A stretch of 64,000 nt of DNA from contig NW_002060948.1 in the NCBI RefSeq assembly GCF_000150275.1, positions 3,485,183-3,549,182 of the forward strand. The letters run 5' to 3'. The translations under genes were made by a program, and so were the position numbers. The stretch's first letter is position 1; every line of letters starts with the position of its first letter. Below are positions 25,161-40,200 of this stretch, piece by piece. The notes under the pieces were generated by a model. The model worked only from the letters and a program-made list of their open reading frames with translations. It had not been told where the DNA came from and searched no databases. This stretch comes from Trichoplax adhaerens. Its lineage: Eukaryota > Animalia > Placozoa.

Positions 25161-26315
25161 GCGCTTCACCTCCCAAACACGTACTGTTCAGTGTACAGTA
25201 GACGCAGAAATCCCTTCAAAGACTGGAGCCAGCCATTTTTTTCCTGTGGTGGATTTATTCCAGCGCCATTAAGTCTGTGAATTCTACTTTGAAAGATTGA
25301 GAATCAATTTAATGACCAACCCAATACAAAAATGCTGACTAGAAGTGAATTTTTTCTTTGGCATGAATCACTGTAGTGGACTGAAAAAAAAGTTTCAACT
25401 CATCTTGTAGTCCAAGTAGAACAAACTGGAAAGCATTTCTTCACTGATTAGTGACCAAAGTTCGTTTCAACAGCCGTGTTGTTGTCTCCATGTCATATTG
25501 TAACCTAGAGTTTGCCATTGCCTATCCTAAGGTACGTATTGAAATTTTAAAGCAACGAAATGCCGAGTTAACTTGTTGACTAAATACATCACTCTAAAAT
25601 ACCGCCATGATTTCCAACCACATCCATTCTCATGGTTTTCAACACCAAGGCTAAAATTGGATTACATTGGATAACATGCTGTACATTAGTGTGCAATCTG
25701 CAATCGGTTACTAGACCATTAGGGATCCAATGTTGTAGCACTAGTAATGCAATTAGAGAAGCAAAGGTCCAAATCCGATAATCAATGGATCCCAAGCATA
25801 AATAAGGCTAACTTCTGTCCATCTTTCATTACTAATGAATCACTTTATCTTTAACATTGAATTAAAATGCAGCGAAATAAATCATGGTGATAGAATTTGT
25901 AGACAGGACAGAACTTTTATTTTACCTTAATTTACTCGAACTCCACTGTAGTGTAGTATGAATAGACTACCTTGAATCTAGATATTACTATGGATTAATA
26001 CTGTCAATACAATCCTAGCAGTGTTAATGGCACATTTAATGGTGCAATGCGATAATAACATGACATCGAATCAAGCAAGACACGATGTTACTGTAACCAT
26101 GCTGCGTTCGATTTTAACAGTACTGTTTTCTCCATAGCTAACTGAGTCTGTCATTGGTAGAAAGAGGCAATCTTTGCTGGATGGCACAGACACTGAATAA
26201 TTAATTTTAGTTAGCTCACAAGGTAAAATCTAAATTCAATCTTAACTAAAGAAAGAAGATTAACAGCAACATCTCGATCGATCGATTGAATCAATCTTGT
26301 TGATGATCTCATGTC

Positions 26316-29300
26316 ATGGCTACATTCCCAACTTGCCCGATTTGCACCGATGGAACAAGTTATAGAGATGAAGATCTGGCTGCTGGCCGCTGTATCCTAT
26401 ATTTCTAATATTATTTTAAATATGGCCTTATTTTGGAGATTAGAAATACAGCATCATGCGCCTATACGAGTACATTACCGTCAATAGTTATAATACTGTA
26501 GCATAATAGCACGCTCGCCTTTATACTGAATTGAAAATTGTACGCTAGTTGGATTAATAATAATAATAACATAGATATCTTACTGAAATCGCCTAAATGT
26601 GCATAGCTTATTCCCTTAAACTGAGCCAATTCATCGTCAAATTTTAATTTAGACTCGTAGATTCATTACTGTAAATAGTGCAATAACCAATGGCAAGGTA
26701 TAGCCTAATTTAGAATACAATAGACATCACGAAAATGGCCTAAAATGTTGATAAATTATTTTTTTAAACTTATAATCAATCCCCAGTTATAACATAGTTA
26801 CTTTTAAAAATTTGAACGATATGACGATATAAGATATGCTTCTTTCCCTTAACTTGTCGATTGCACTCTTTATCGAACACTCGTGTATGCTGGATATTTC
26901 AAAGGTGGCCACGTCTTTCATTATTCTTGGTGAGTTGAATGTAGTTTTAAAATTCTCGTAACAAATCTTCATGCGCAATCTAGGCACTTCTTCCAATGTA
27001 TAAAATGATGCAAAACATAAGTCAGGATTCGACTATCTATGACGTTGCCAAATTAAAACACACTCTATAGAACGATATACAGACAAATTAATAAGTTGTC
27101 CAATCATGGGACTATAGAAAGCCGTAAATTACTCTCTAGTTTATGAACAATAAAATATTGCAATTTTTAGTATTTTTTATAATTATATCCGGAAAAGCAT
27201 CTATAAATACTAACCGCAACCTTTATTTACGCCAAAATGTCCTTACAGTAAATTACAGTCAAGGCGATTTGTTTCAATATTCCCTAAGCCTTAAAACTTT
27301 TTCAATTTTTTGATAAAGTAAATAAAACAGCTTACTGATACTACTTGAATGCTTACATCTGCTCTTCTGTAATATCAATTGTATTTACGGACAATATTCT
27401 ATTTTGCTTAGCTTAGAAAAATGGGTTATACAATCAAAAACCTGCCCGACGTGTCGTAATAGATGTACCAAAAGAGATATTATCAAACTTTTCTTCGACT
27501 GCAGTCGAAGTGATGATTGCAATACCAGTAATCACCTTACCGATGATCCACAGCAATTAAGGGTATGAGTAAATGAATGTATAAAGTTTTGTAACAAACC
27601 TTGGATATCAGTGAGCTTATAATTTATTTCGTCATCAATTAGATGCAACTAGATAAATACATAGCTATCTACGAGAAAAGAGGTAAATACCTACTGCAAA
27701 TATAGGCAATCATTTAATTTTGACATAGCATCGTCGTTATAGTAAACTGCAGTTGTTAGGTAACGGTGTTATTGCGCTACTTCAATGCTGTAAAATGTAG
27801 ATAGCCAATATCAAAAAATCTTGAACGAAAACCAGGATTTAGAAGAAGAATTATCAAATCTTAAAGATACATTGAAAACAACAAAATTAGCACTTAGAGA
27901 TTACAAGAAAATTAACAAAGATTTAAAGGTAAAACTAATGGGACTATCCGTGTATACCATGTAGGATTATCATACAATTGCAAACTTGTGGTCAATTAGC
28001 TTGATAATAACCATAAAATATAAAATAATACATATATAAACAGGAGCAACAAGAAGAGACGCTAAGAAAGCTTGACCAAGCAAGCTTTGTTGCCAGCCAG
28101 TCTAATATGTTGCATGAGAAACTACGTCGATTAGATGGGTAAGCCTTGCATATTGCTCATAGATTCCGATTAACATAGTTAAAAACACTATCTTGGACTT
28201 TATCGCAATAGCTCCGACCTGAGCTTTTTTTGCCATCATATTTTAATCGGTTTGTATATTGATAGATTACGAAGTATTCTAGAATCAAATTCTGATGAAG
28301 TAGACAAAATGATTAAACACGTGGGGGAAGGTCCTGCTGCTATCGAGCAACTATGCACTTATATTTCGTCCTTGAAAAAGTTAGAAGATGGTTGATTAAA
28401 TGCTTATACATATTTTAGGAGCGTCAAAAATAGTGACAGATCAATTCTTTAACTTTGATTTTAATATCTAATTTCTACAATCATTTTCAGAGAATATGAA
28501 AAATTAAAAGAATCCAAGAAATTTATTAAGTCAGAAAAATACAACTTAGAGATAGAATTAAGAAAATATATTAAACTTGTAAGAATTCCTACCAGAATAT
28601 ACACATGTATTGATAAAACTTTGAAAACATCTCGTTGTCGTAGCAATAATAATTACCTGTATTATTCATACGGTATAATAGTCAGAAAATGCAAAATCAG
28701 ATTTAGAAGATATGAAGAAGCGTTTCACTGCCGCATCTCAAAAACTTGAACAATATAAATTGGAAAATGGGGTATAAGAAGTTTTACTGTTATAATTTTG
28801 AAAAACATGCTCGTTTCTGATATAGTTTTGGCATTGCATTTATCTCTTATGTGAAGGTGTTACAGAAGAAACTGAAAATTATTAACAATAAATTAAGAAA
28901 TTTTAAGAAACAAGATATCTCATCTATGCAGAAAAAAATGCTAACTTTACATGAGTAATGACTAGAAACAACTATTCGGGATCGCATCGATAAGTTTTAT
29001 GTTTCTTTATGTTGATTCTATTTCTTATTGCTTAGCTCGCCAGTAGAAATTGATTTCCTCGAGAATTCGGTCGATGACGAAGGAAGTTCGATATCTAGAA
29101 CAAATGAATTAAGATCAGCCAATGAAACCTCTTCTAGTCTAAGAGCTATCGCGAACAAGTTAGTACTGCAGTAAGATTAAGTTGATTACTTGAGTTATGG
29201 CAACTCTATTGAAGGTATCTAAGTGGGTTTCCGTATGGTTTTGACAGAAACGGATTACGCTTCGTCGATGCTGTTGATATGACTAGCGCAAGAACTAGAG

Positions 29301-30003
29301 TCGACATTAAAGTAATTTTTATTAAAGATTGCTTTGCTACTATAGCGTATTTCCATTCGTAAATGTTTCCTTAATTTTTTATTCCAACGTCAAACTTTGC
29401 TGACATTGTCTCACGCTAGAAGAAGGAATACAAAGGTATTATATTCATTTTTAAGAAGTTATTATCCTTACTTTTAGTAAATGTATCTGCAAGATCATAA
29501 TTGAAGATCAGAAATGAATAGTTTTAACGTATTTGTACATTTAAAAAAATAGAAAACAAAACGAATTCAGCTGATCATTTTTCACATTTTGAAAAGAATG
29601 CAAAGATGTTAACACAAAAAAATGATGGCGTAAGTAAGCGATATTTATAATTTTTTAGCCCCTTTACCTAATAGATTTTATATGCGTGTCTTAGGTTGTA
29701 CGTTTTGGCTTTAACGGCTTAGGCGGACATAGTAAGGTTTTACATCTCGTATCCGAAAATATTTTAGCTTAATGGTAATTGTAGACTAAAACTATATCAA
29801 ACTGTGTTTCCATCTTATGCGGATAAATGGTTGCGCATGATTTTTTCTTAACGGCAATATTTCAGCAAAAGCGAAGTGATAGCTTTCCTGGAGACTCAAG
29901 TAGATCAAATCTTAATAATTCATCTAAGAGATTAAAATTATCGAAGATTACGAACTATACATTACCGCTGTCTTCGATGACTGAAGATGATATTATACTC
30001 TAA
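26316..30003 (+). CDS. TRAIP: TRAF-interacting protein, RING-H2 E3 ubiquitin ligase
   Basis: Exon 1 26316-26391 (MATFPTCPICTDG...LAAGR), a 25-nt exon 26905-26929 (CGHVFHYS), and an exon from 27411 (CLEKWVIQSKTCPTCR...IIKLFFD) form an N-terminal RING-H2. Coiled-coil exons include EVDKMIKHVGEGPAAIEQLCTYISSLKK-EYEKLKE, matching the TRAIP AVEQLAVYCVSLKKEYENLKE segment. C-terminal RFGFNGLGGHSK matches TRAIP GFDGLGGRTK. Stop TAA at 30001-30003. About 15 exons; some 3' exon borders are approximate. Confidence 0.9.
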
Positions 30004-31277
30004 TCAGATTCCAGTGTTACTTGTTAAGTTATCGATATGAAGTTGTAAAGTATACATGATATACTGCACTGTATGCACTATAAATGTACATTAGTGTAGA
30101 AATTGCTGAACTAGGAGTAAAGTTGTAATTTGATATCTGCTAGCATTACTTTGGCATCAGCTAATGCTGCTTAACTTAAAACTGTAAATATTGTTGACTT
30201 GGTAAAAAACTTAATAATAATCTTTATACGTTCGCAGTAGAAGGTATATACTGCTTGCTATTAAGAGTGTCTCAGTTATGGTAGTGACAGCCAAGTTGAC
30301 ACGTTCTTTTTAGAATTAATATATAAATCTTGAAGAATATGACAAAGACCGATATCTATGATTTACCATTTAATTTTGAAATTTCAGTTGGTACTATTTT
30401 AATTAATGTTGCTAATCTCTTACAGATTGGGAAACAAATAGCGCAGATTTCTTGTTGTAAAAATGTGTGAAATTATACAACAGCTCATTACATCGAAGGA
30501 TAAATGTACAGCACAACCGATTTTATCAGCAACTATAGTACTGTGATAACAATTAAACAATTACAGACAAATTCTTGTCAAAGCTAAGTGACAAATAATT
30601 TTAGTACTTGTACTTACATTAGATCTAACGAATACTAACGATTGTCAGCAAAATTAAAGTTGTAAATTAACATTGTACTATGCAATGCACAATAATTTCA
30701 ACCAATAGATAGATTGATATTAAAACAATAAAACATAGTTGCCGCATTTGTACAGTGCTATAAGGAATTTTTGTTGATCAATCATGCTTGTATCTATTTA
30801 CCGATGGCATAGGATGAAAACATATAAAATTATAAAGAATAAAAGCTATTCTAACCTCGTAACATGATTGATGAATAGACACATCGACATTGTACATAGA
30901 ATCATTACATAAAATCATTACTGCATGTAAGGATTATATTAATATTAACAGAAATGCAATAATTGCATCATAGGACATAAAATGGTACTTGATTAAACGG
31001 CGTCTAAGATACGTAAAAGTAAAAGCATTTACATAGTTTATAAATCAAATGTTGATAACTGATTTCAATATAAAGGATAATAGCAAAAATTTTTCTCGGC
31101 TATATACATATCAATCATTGTTAATCTACTATTTTACATGTACTCGTATTGTTGATTCAGTTGTATCAAAACTATATTGAGCTACACCTATTTCGACTGA
31201 ATCGATAGGAAACAATTCCATTGCCTTATAACGCCTTGATCACATCACAAATTATTCTTATTATTTGCAATATACGT

Positions 31278-34200
31278 TTATTTACTCGTCTTCCCTTTCT
31301 TATGATTAAGATTTTGAAAGAACTCTTTAACTTTCGATTTAGGCCTGTCATCTCCCAGTGGACTGCTATTAGTCTTACTTGGCGATACACGTCTCTTAGC
31401 TACAACAAGTTGCTGAGATAGTACAGGTGAACCGGCTTGCAACATGGCGATCGCATCTTCTCGACTCACAATTTGTCGTACAGCAAATTGCTTCTTCTTG
31501 CTGTTCTCATAATCTAAATTATTAGGACGATCTGATATGGCTACGCCATACTTATTCACGGTAGGATCAATTGCTGCTAAAACATTGGATGTTGTTTTTT
31601 GGGGTCCCTATGATATGTGAAATTTATTTAGTTAATACTATCAATTTGATCAAAATACGTACTGATTGAATTTATTGATTCACAATAGTATACGGATAGA
31701 TGTGAAAGTACAGCCTATTGAAATTTATCATTACCTGAATATTGCGCGTTACAATACTGTTAATGTCCTCCTATTGCAGCAGAAAAAATCGATAATCAAT
31801 TTATAGCAGATTTAAGGTAATTATTAATTATATAAGGAAAGAACTAAGATTGAATAATAATATCGATAACATCAATAAAGTTATAAAGTGAAGTCAATTT
31901 AATAAATCCTTTACCGGTTCAACAATTTCATATTCATGTTCAAATTCATCGCTATTATTTATGGCCTTAGATGGTTGATTCCTTCCATTTGGAGTAGATG
32001 GATCATCTCTACTATAACCATTTACACCATTTGATTGTGCTTTTTCTTGCTTCGTAGCTTTGCCGTTAGGTAAATGAATGGAACGCTGAGCATGATGATC
32101 ATTATTATGGGGAATAGGTGAACGAAAATCGTTTACGGTATTGCTAACAGGCATATTATGAGATGAATTTAAGGGAAATTCATGATTCTATAATAATATA
32201 ATTAATAAACAAGATAATCGATACCATTATTCAAAAATATCTTTAGCATAGAGAAAATAAACCTGTTACTAATCACAAAAATAGAATCTACAACTAACCT
32301 GCCGATGCAGTTTAGATGCTGCCTTGCGATTCATATCCCATCGTTTACCTCCATCGCTATTACGAAAACGTGATGATAAGTCATATTCTCGGTTATTTTC
32401 TTCTGTTATAAATTGAGACCGTGGAATAAACTCATTCCTAAATTGCTTGGGTAAGTGAGTACGATTACTACTTTCAAAGCTATTATCTTGAGATTGAGAA
32501 CTATCAGACTGCGCTTGTCTCCTAGGTCTATGCTTCATTGGATTCCAATCTATATCACTCATGCCATGATGAATATCTCCATCTTCGGAACCTTGAAAAT
32601 CGCTATTAGAAGATCGATCGGAAGTTTGAAATTCCGGATATTCCTTACGATATCGATATTGTTTATTACTGTGATTATCATAATAGGATTGACCACCATC
32701 ATGCCCATTATTGCCATTGTCATAATACATTCGCTGATTACCGTTACGACGATGATTGCGATGCTGGCGGTGATCATCATTTCCACTGCTGTTGGCAGCA
32801 AATCCACCAGATACAGGCTGTGCGATAACATTTGATTGGCTTGGGCTATCACTATATTGGCTACTACTAGAACTAGGCGATCTAAAAATAAGATATACCA
32901 AAAGATAAGTGTATATATGCCTTAAGGTATTAATACATAATAAATATTCATTTATATTAGTAAGTAAAAGAGAATCTATTATATCAATATGGATGCAATA
33001 ACAACCCCTAACTTTTTGTCTACCTTTTATCATGAGGATTAACATTGCCATTATGGTTATACTTATTACTATTATTACTATTATTGCTGTGTGTTCTGCG
33101 ATATTCATGCTCATGTCTTCTCCTAGCTAACTGAATTTCCTGCTTCCATAGCATACGGGCTAGTTCCTAATCATAATCACATAGCATTGTCAGAAAAATT
33201 ATATACTATCATATGTCTTATTTCTTTTCAATAGAGATTGATTGTATGCATAATGTACATATTCAAGTGAAATGGGTTATAGTACAGTAGTAAAATTAAT
33301 CTAGATTTATTATTTGTCATCCAGCTATAGTAATAAGGAAGTTTATTCACTGTTTCAGAGAAAATCTAAATGGGTTTCCATGTAATATTTATTTTAAATG
33401 ATGAGAAAGCATCACGACTGCTAGGTAAAGTGCGTAAACAGTTGAAAAAATCGTTTTGAAACTAAATCATTATGGGTAAATTAATAGCAGGATACGGGGA
33501 AATTTTAACTATATATCACGTCTGATCACCTGATCTTGTAATTCCTGGGCCATTCTATGATCGATAACGTCATCCTATTTGCAAAAATGAGATTTTAAAT
33601 ATATCGCTTTTGAACTTGAAGAAATAAACGTTACTTGGTAGATACAGGTTAAACCGTATTAAATAATGATATGAGATTGACTTCAATTATTGTTAAGATA
33701 TTGTACTAATGTTGGTAACCGTTACAAATTAATGCCTTACTACTTCTACATAAGTCCTAGTTAATAACAATATCGTGTCCTTATCGTAGTAAATTTCGCT
33801 AAATCCCGTAAATAACTATCTTTAATTGGACAACGATTGCTAATGGCCAGTAATTAGTTCATGTATTAACTTTTAAAACTCAATCTAGTATACATAAATT
33901 CTCTTTTAATTTAAAGATAAACAACAAATTCATCCTAAGAAGATTATTGAAACATAAAATCATAGTTTATGCTGTCGATAATTTGACAGCAGTTTTTTAC
34001 TTTGGAATTATAGTTATTGAAAATTATCGTTACCCGAATATGAGTTGGATTGTATTGACTATCAGGAGTCACATCATCCCTGCAGTACTTGTCGCTGTGT
34101 TATTATAAATAGAATTTAAAAAGATTAAAACATCATTTCTAAAAATATAGAAACTCTTATTAAGAAATTATTTCTTAGCAATAACGTAATATTTTCGTCG

Positions 34201-37200
34201 AACACAAATTAGAGTAATGATTCACCTTATTCTAATTTTAAAATGTATTCTATAATTATCTCTTTATATATATAGGCTGCACAAAATAATAACACTATGT
34301 AGCAAAAGAAAATTTACCTTCTGGGTGACGCTGACCGATATTCCTTTAAATGATTTCCACCACGATTGTAGTACATTGATTTTTCTTGAGATTTATCAGA
34401 GCGTTTATGACCGCTACCTAAGTATAATGAAATTGCAAAATGATTAGAAGTACTTCTTTTTAGCGAGGAAACATTTGACGCACAGCATTAGTGGATATTA
34501 ATAAGAAACAAATTAATTTAACAGTGTATCGAAATAACTTTAAATTCAGTCATGATGCTTAAGCTATTGAGTCATATTTAGTCTAACCTACAAAGAAATT
34601 TGGATAGTATCGTGAAAAAGTGATAGTTAAATGCTTTCTTATTTCACGAAGGGGGATAGAAAATGATTGATGATCAAGTATAGTATCTGGTTAATTCCCT
34701 AAATGTCATGACTAATCACTCCTTTTCCTCCTTTCCAATCCCTAACTCTTTCCGATTAATGAATCTAAAGGCCTGAACGCTATTATATTGAGCGCGTTGT
34801 ATTTTACGATCGATACTGTTATAACTTACTTGTTAAGGATCAATAGGCAGTTTAATAATCGATCTTGCTATTGGTATTATATTAGTATAGTACCATCCAA
34901 GCTACGGCCAACTAATTCAATTGATATTACGTAATTATTGCCCGCAAGGCTAGGGATCAAAGTTGTGTAAATGTGAAATAAGAGTCATGTCTTTGTCAAT
35001 CTTCGATCAACGTGACAGGTCTAGATAGATATAATTAGTAGTTCCGAAGGATTAAAAGATCTATTCATAAATGGATCAGTTGCTACTGTTATACATAGAA
35101 CTCAATATTTAAATAATAAGTAATTTCAATCATAAAAATAACCAGATGGTGAAAAATGAAATCCTTGATATTGTTCATATTTGCAATACCATACGTAGGG
35201 TTAATTTAATTACTGAGAAACGCAATCGTCCAAGTGGTTTATTTATCTTATCATTCTTCCTTCTAAGTTTATCAATATAGTATATCATTTTTTCCTTCTG
35301 AGACCATAGAGATTAATTAGAAATATTCTGCAAATGAAAGATTAAACCTTTACGGAAATTGGGATGCCCGAACAGAAATTTTCGCGCACTATAATGTCCT
35401 ATTTGGATGTCTCCATGTATTATGCCAATCCCATACTATAGACCTATAGCTAGTTAATTGTTATATCCGATTGATGATCGCTACTGATGATAAAAACGAT
35501 TTGTTCTATACTAATACAATACAGCGTTGCTTGAAAAGATCGATTAATTATATAATCGTTCGAATTAGATTGTTAGAATAATAGTGACAACGATGAGGTT
35601 GAATAATACTTGCATAAGTTATCTAGTCTTTAAGCAGATAAATTTCATCATGATCGTAGCTCAGAAAAGCAAATCTGAAAATCGCGCATAGAAAATCTAT
35701 TCTATGCTACAATTCAATGTCATAGTTGCATATTAAAGGGGGGAATCTCGCCTATCCTTTGAATGATTAACCAATAGGCTCTGAAGCTGCAGCGCAATCA
35801 ACTAGTTGACTCGATGTTATCGTTGATGGAACAATAAAATTTTAAACGACTCGATAAATTCAAATTATAATTAAATGCCATTAATAGCGTTCCAATTATA
35901 TTTAAATCCTAATCTTAAAGCTACATTCCAGCTAAAAAGTAGAAACAGAATAATTGTTGCTTTAAAATATTCACACAGTACCTCTTGGGCTAAAAATCGG
36001 AGAAACTAATACAATATTCTAGATCAGAACCTCCCAAATGAAGAAAAGTTCCATTCTATTTCCACTTCCTCTTTCATGTAGAACGCAGGTGATATGATTC
36101 TAAAACACTACTCCTATACTTGTAACTATATATCCTACGTCTGGGGGAATTAAACTTTCTATAAAATCGATTCGCTAAATAGACTAAGCTATCAGTTATT
36201 TTCTTTTTAGTTTCTCATCAAAGAAAAAACTTAGACTTAATTTAAGCCTGAAGAAATATAAATGAAGCGATGCTAAAGGCAACACAGGGTGATACCCTCG
36301 AGGCTTGTGGACAAAACAATCACTTGAGTGAAAAAGTTATAATATCAATAAAACTATTTTTCGTTTCCGATGGATTAAATTGTATTCTAGATAAATTTGT
36401 TTTCATGTGGAAACGATCAGCTGTATCATATATTATGAAGATTAAAAAAGAACAGTAAGATCGATAAACTAGTATATAGAATTAACGATGATAGATATGA
36501 ATAGGATAAAGTTGTTGTTGATATCAATATACAAATCAACGGGCATTTTGATTATTAGTATTGTATAAGAGAAGGAATAGTCACCATGGTGAAAACATGA
36601 CTGATGTTCTCCTACTGAGTTGTGTCGAATCCAACCAGCCCACTATATTTTTGTCTTTATACTACCATGAACAAAGCAGAACAAAGTGATAAAAAAAACT
36701 TTCATTTCCTTGTAAGCTATCTTTTCTCGTGAGATGATGGAATATTTAATGATTCAACTCATATTAAGGTGGAAGTTGATATCCTGATGCTAAGTATGTA
36801 TATCGACTGTAAGCCTTACTTTGACTATTTTATGATACTTTATCGTCTATGACTAACTAACTGTTTTGGCCCCTTATTATTTAGTAAAGATGAATACTTT
36901 AAATTTAGTTGAATGAATAAATTGAATTTAGAAGCTGTCTGACAATATCGTTATAAAAACTTCTCAATCTTGTATTAATAGATTTGAGTCTAGACTTGGT
37001 CAATAAGCATTAGCACTATATTTTATGTAGGTTAATTTAGTCAATTTTTCATTATCTTGAGGATACTATTGCATGTTCTCGTATTTATATCGATTGTACC
37101 CCTATCTTCATCGCATTGAAAATAAGACTACCTGTCTAGACATTATCTACCAGTGCACATTATTTTAATTTTTTCTAAATACTTAATTGGTAAATTTTAT

Positions 37201-40200
37201 GTAGTTAAGACGATAAAGTCAGCATTAGACTGTCATCGATAAAAAATATATCATAATCCATCATTGAGTAGCACCGTTGAACATAGTCACAAATAAATTG
37301 CCTATTTTTAGGATTAAAGGCATACCAAAATAACTTCTTCTTGAAGGTAACTTTTTCTTTTGTAAATGGCTATCTACTTAGTATCCGTGTAGCAAAGCTA
37401 ACTCCATGTGATAGGATAATAAAGGATAGCGTCAGGGTGCGATCAAACTATACTCGGATGATTAAATTAATAAAAAGAAATAGAGAACTAATCATATGGT
37501 ACAGTTTGGCGTGGATATGTATTTTTTAAGCAATTAAAATACCGTCACAAGCCCATTGCTATTGAGAATTTGCAAACATTGACTGAACGTTATACAACTT
37601 GGTCAGCTGTGGCATGGCAACATAATATTCAAACGCTTTCATGATCACCTTTTGTAACTTTGTCGGTAAGGTTGCAAATCAAATAGGAAGGAAATTATTA
37701 AATTTCTCTATTGTGACAGTATCACCCTTTCAAAGGTGCCAGCAAGGAGAGGGGTGTCAAGTAGAGATATCAAGATGGAGAATGATTCAGCTAAAACAAG
37801 GTGAATAACTTGAATTGATTTATATCATCGCATTGAAATCGACTTCTTGAATAAGATAGTCTGATAGTTTGTAAGTGAGAGATAGATATTGGTTAAAATC
37901 AATGTGCTTTGTTCTATTTCTTAGTTAACTTCTTTATATATTTAATTATGAAGGCGGCACTTTACATTTGGTTTGCACTTAACTTTATGAATAAATAACT
38001 TTTGTTATGTAGCTAAATCTTTTTTAATTTCCTGCTAGGTTTTGCCGCTACCTCACGTGGATAGCAAGACAACAACAAAAAATAGAGGTTTTGCTACTGA
38101 GACATAATAGCTAACACAAATTAGCTATCTGTTATTTAATGGTGTCCGAGACTATGTCATAAAAATAAAAAGCATTGATAAATAATGGTAGCCCAATTCA
38201 ATCCATAACATTGTAATCAATTACAATTATAGGTTCTAGATTACTAACAGCAATGTAGTAATTCGTCTTTACAGATATGATAGATAATTTCATCACTTTC
38301 TATAGTTTAAAGCTTCTTATGGCAGCCTTCTATAAATTATACATGACATTAATTCGGTATGATACCATTAAAGTGACTAAAACTGCTCAGTTGCTAAACT
38401 CACTTTTAATCTAGGTTCATTTGTTATTAATATGATATTGGATTTCAAGAAGTGTTTAAAAATAGATGAAAATTTAACGGACGAGTTCATTTCTATTGTA
38501 GCAGGAATGATTGCTTAAAAATGATAATCATCATTTGTTAACGCACCTTGTACTATACCTATTTTAGATGAAGGTTGCGTAGCTGTCAAAGAATATAAAG
38601 TGCTTAAATTCACTTCCTGTAGCTAAGCCGCAAGCAAAAAAGGAAAATGAACTTTTAATTTTAGGGAGATCATGAATTTGCTATAATCAGTTGTAAAGTA
38701 AAATGATTCATTAATCTCGATCGGCAACAATTTCATATCTCCCGGCTGGATTTATTAAACAACAAGAAATGAATATGAGCATTTACTTATTTTATAAAAG
38801 TTATGGAGCTGAAAACTATGTAGCAATATTCTTAGCCAGAATATATTATAATAAAATCGTCATTTTCGTAAAGCTCTAGCTACGCCATACTGATAATTTG
38901 TCCATTTATTATGTATAATTTCCATGTGTAAGCGAAAAACCTATTTAATTTTTTAAAAAGCCTAGAAAATAGCTTTAGATAGCAACAATAGAGTTACTAT
39001 TGTTGATTTCTTAGTCAGAATCGGTTAGACATACGCAATATTAATGCAAATTATTCACTACTATTATGTATTGCTTTTAAACTGCTAACTTGAACTTGTA
39101 ATTGTTCTATTTCCAAGTTAGTCCATCCAATTATAACTAGACTATAGAATTCAAGAGCAGTACGGAGTCCCTATAGCTATTTTTTCATTCTGATTTAAGG
39201 TTGCTTAATTTAAAGCCTCGCTAGGGCTATGCTAAATTGCGATAACTTCAAAAGAACTTTATGAAATGCCCATTTAGCCCGGGGCTTCCAACTGTCTGAA
39301 TCTTAAAGCTAGCTAGGCCAATCTGACTAATAAATATAAGACAATTAATCATCTTTTCTAAGAAAGTAGATAACATCTTGTAAATCGATGACTAATATAT
39401 GTTTAGGTAATGCACGTGTAATGGACAATATGACTAACGATACATTCAAGAAATTGGGAAAAAACTCTTTCAACTACCTCTTTTCAATTTACGATTACCT
39501 TCATTTGCAATGATTGAATTGTATCGAACCCAATGAGAATATTCAACATCAATCCTACTAACTAACAATTAGGATCGTATATTGAATGCTATCCAATCAT
39601 TCTTATAGGATGGCTATCATAATTTGATGGTTAATGGGTTGGTCAAAGATTGATTATTAAAATGACTCTCAAACTGTCTCATTTTATGCCATTATACTAT
39701 GCTAAGAATAAATACTCTCAATGAAAAGATGTCAATTACAATTAATCGTAGACATTTCTAGACCTTATATACATATACATTTATTCTAAGTAGTATAACA
39801 TTGACTGGAACGATTCTTCTCCAGTTTTTGCTTATAAACTACTGCTTTCCATTGATTCTATCATTCACCCAGCCAACTTACTTTTAGTAAACTCCTATCA
39901 CTCCTTCTAAGTTTCGAAATCTCTCAAGGATATTGCACAACCAACTTAATAGTCTGCAATGAGTGCAGCAGTTACTTTGTTTGAAAATGACGGCCATTAT
40001 ATAAGAACAAAGGACAGACAAAATGATAGAGATGACTAAGAATAAAGAGAGGTTAAAGAAATCTACTTAAACTACTACGTCATTATGAGCATCTAAGATG
40101 GAAGGAAAGAATAGCTTTGGATGGTTAGCTATAAATTTTTCATATTGTACCTCAATCAATTACTTTTAATAGGAAAGAAATACTGCCGTTTTACATAAAA

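Noticed and set aside
32882-33114. Hydrophobic TM-like N-terminus (MSMNIAEHTAIIVIIVISITIMAMLILM) of the 281-aa ORF
   Set aside because: It is an off-frame reading of the AAT/AGT-rich exon 33166-33024 plus intron. The phase-consistent frame gives HSNNSNNSNKYNHNG, so there is no membrane anchor.
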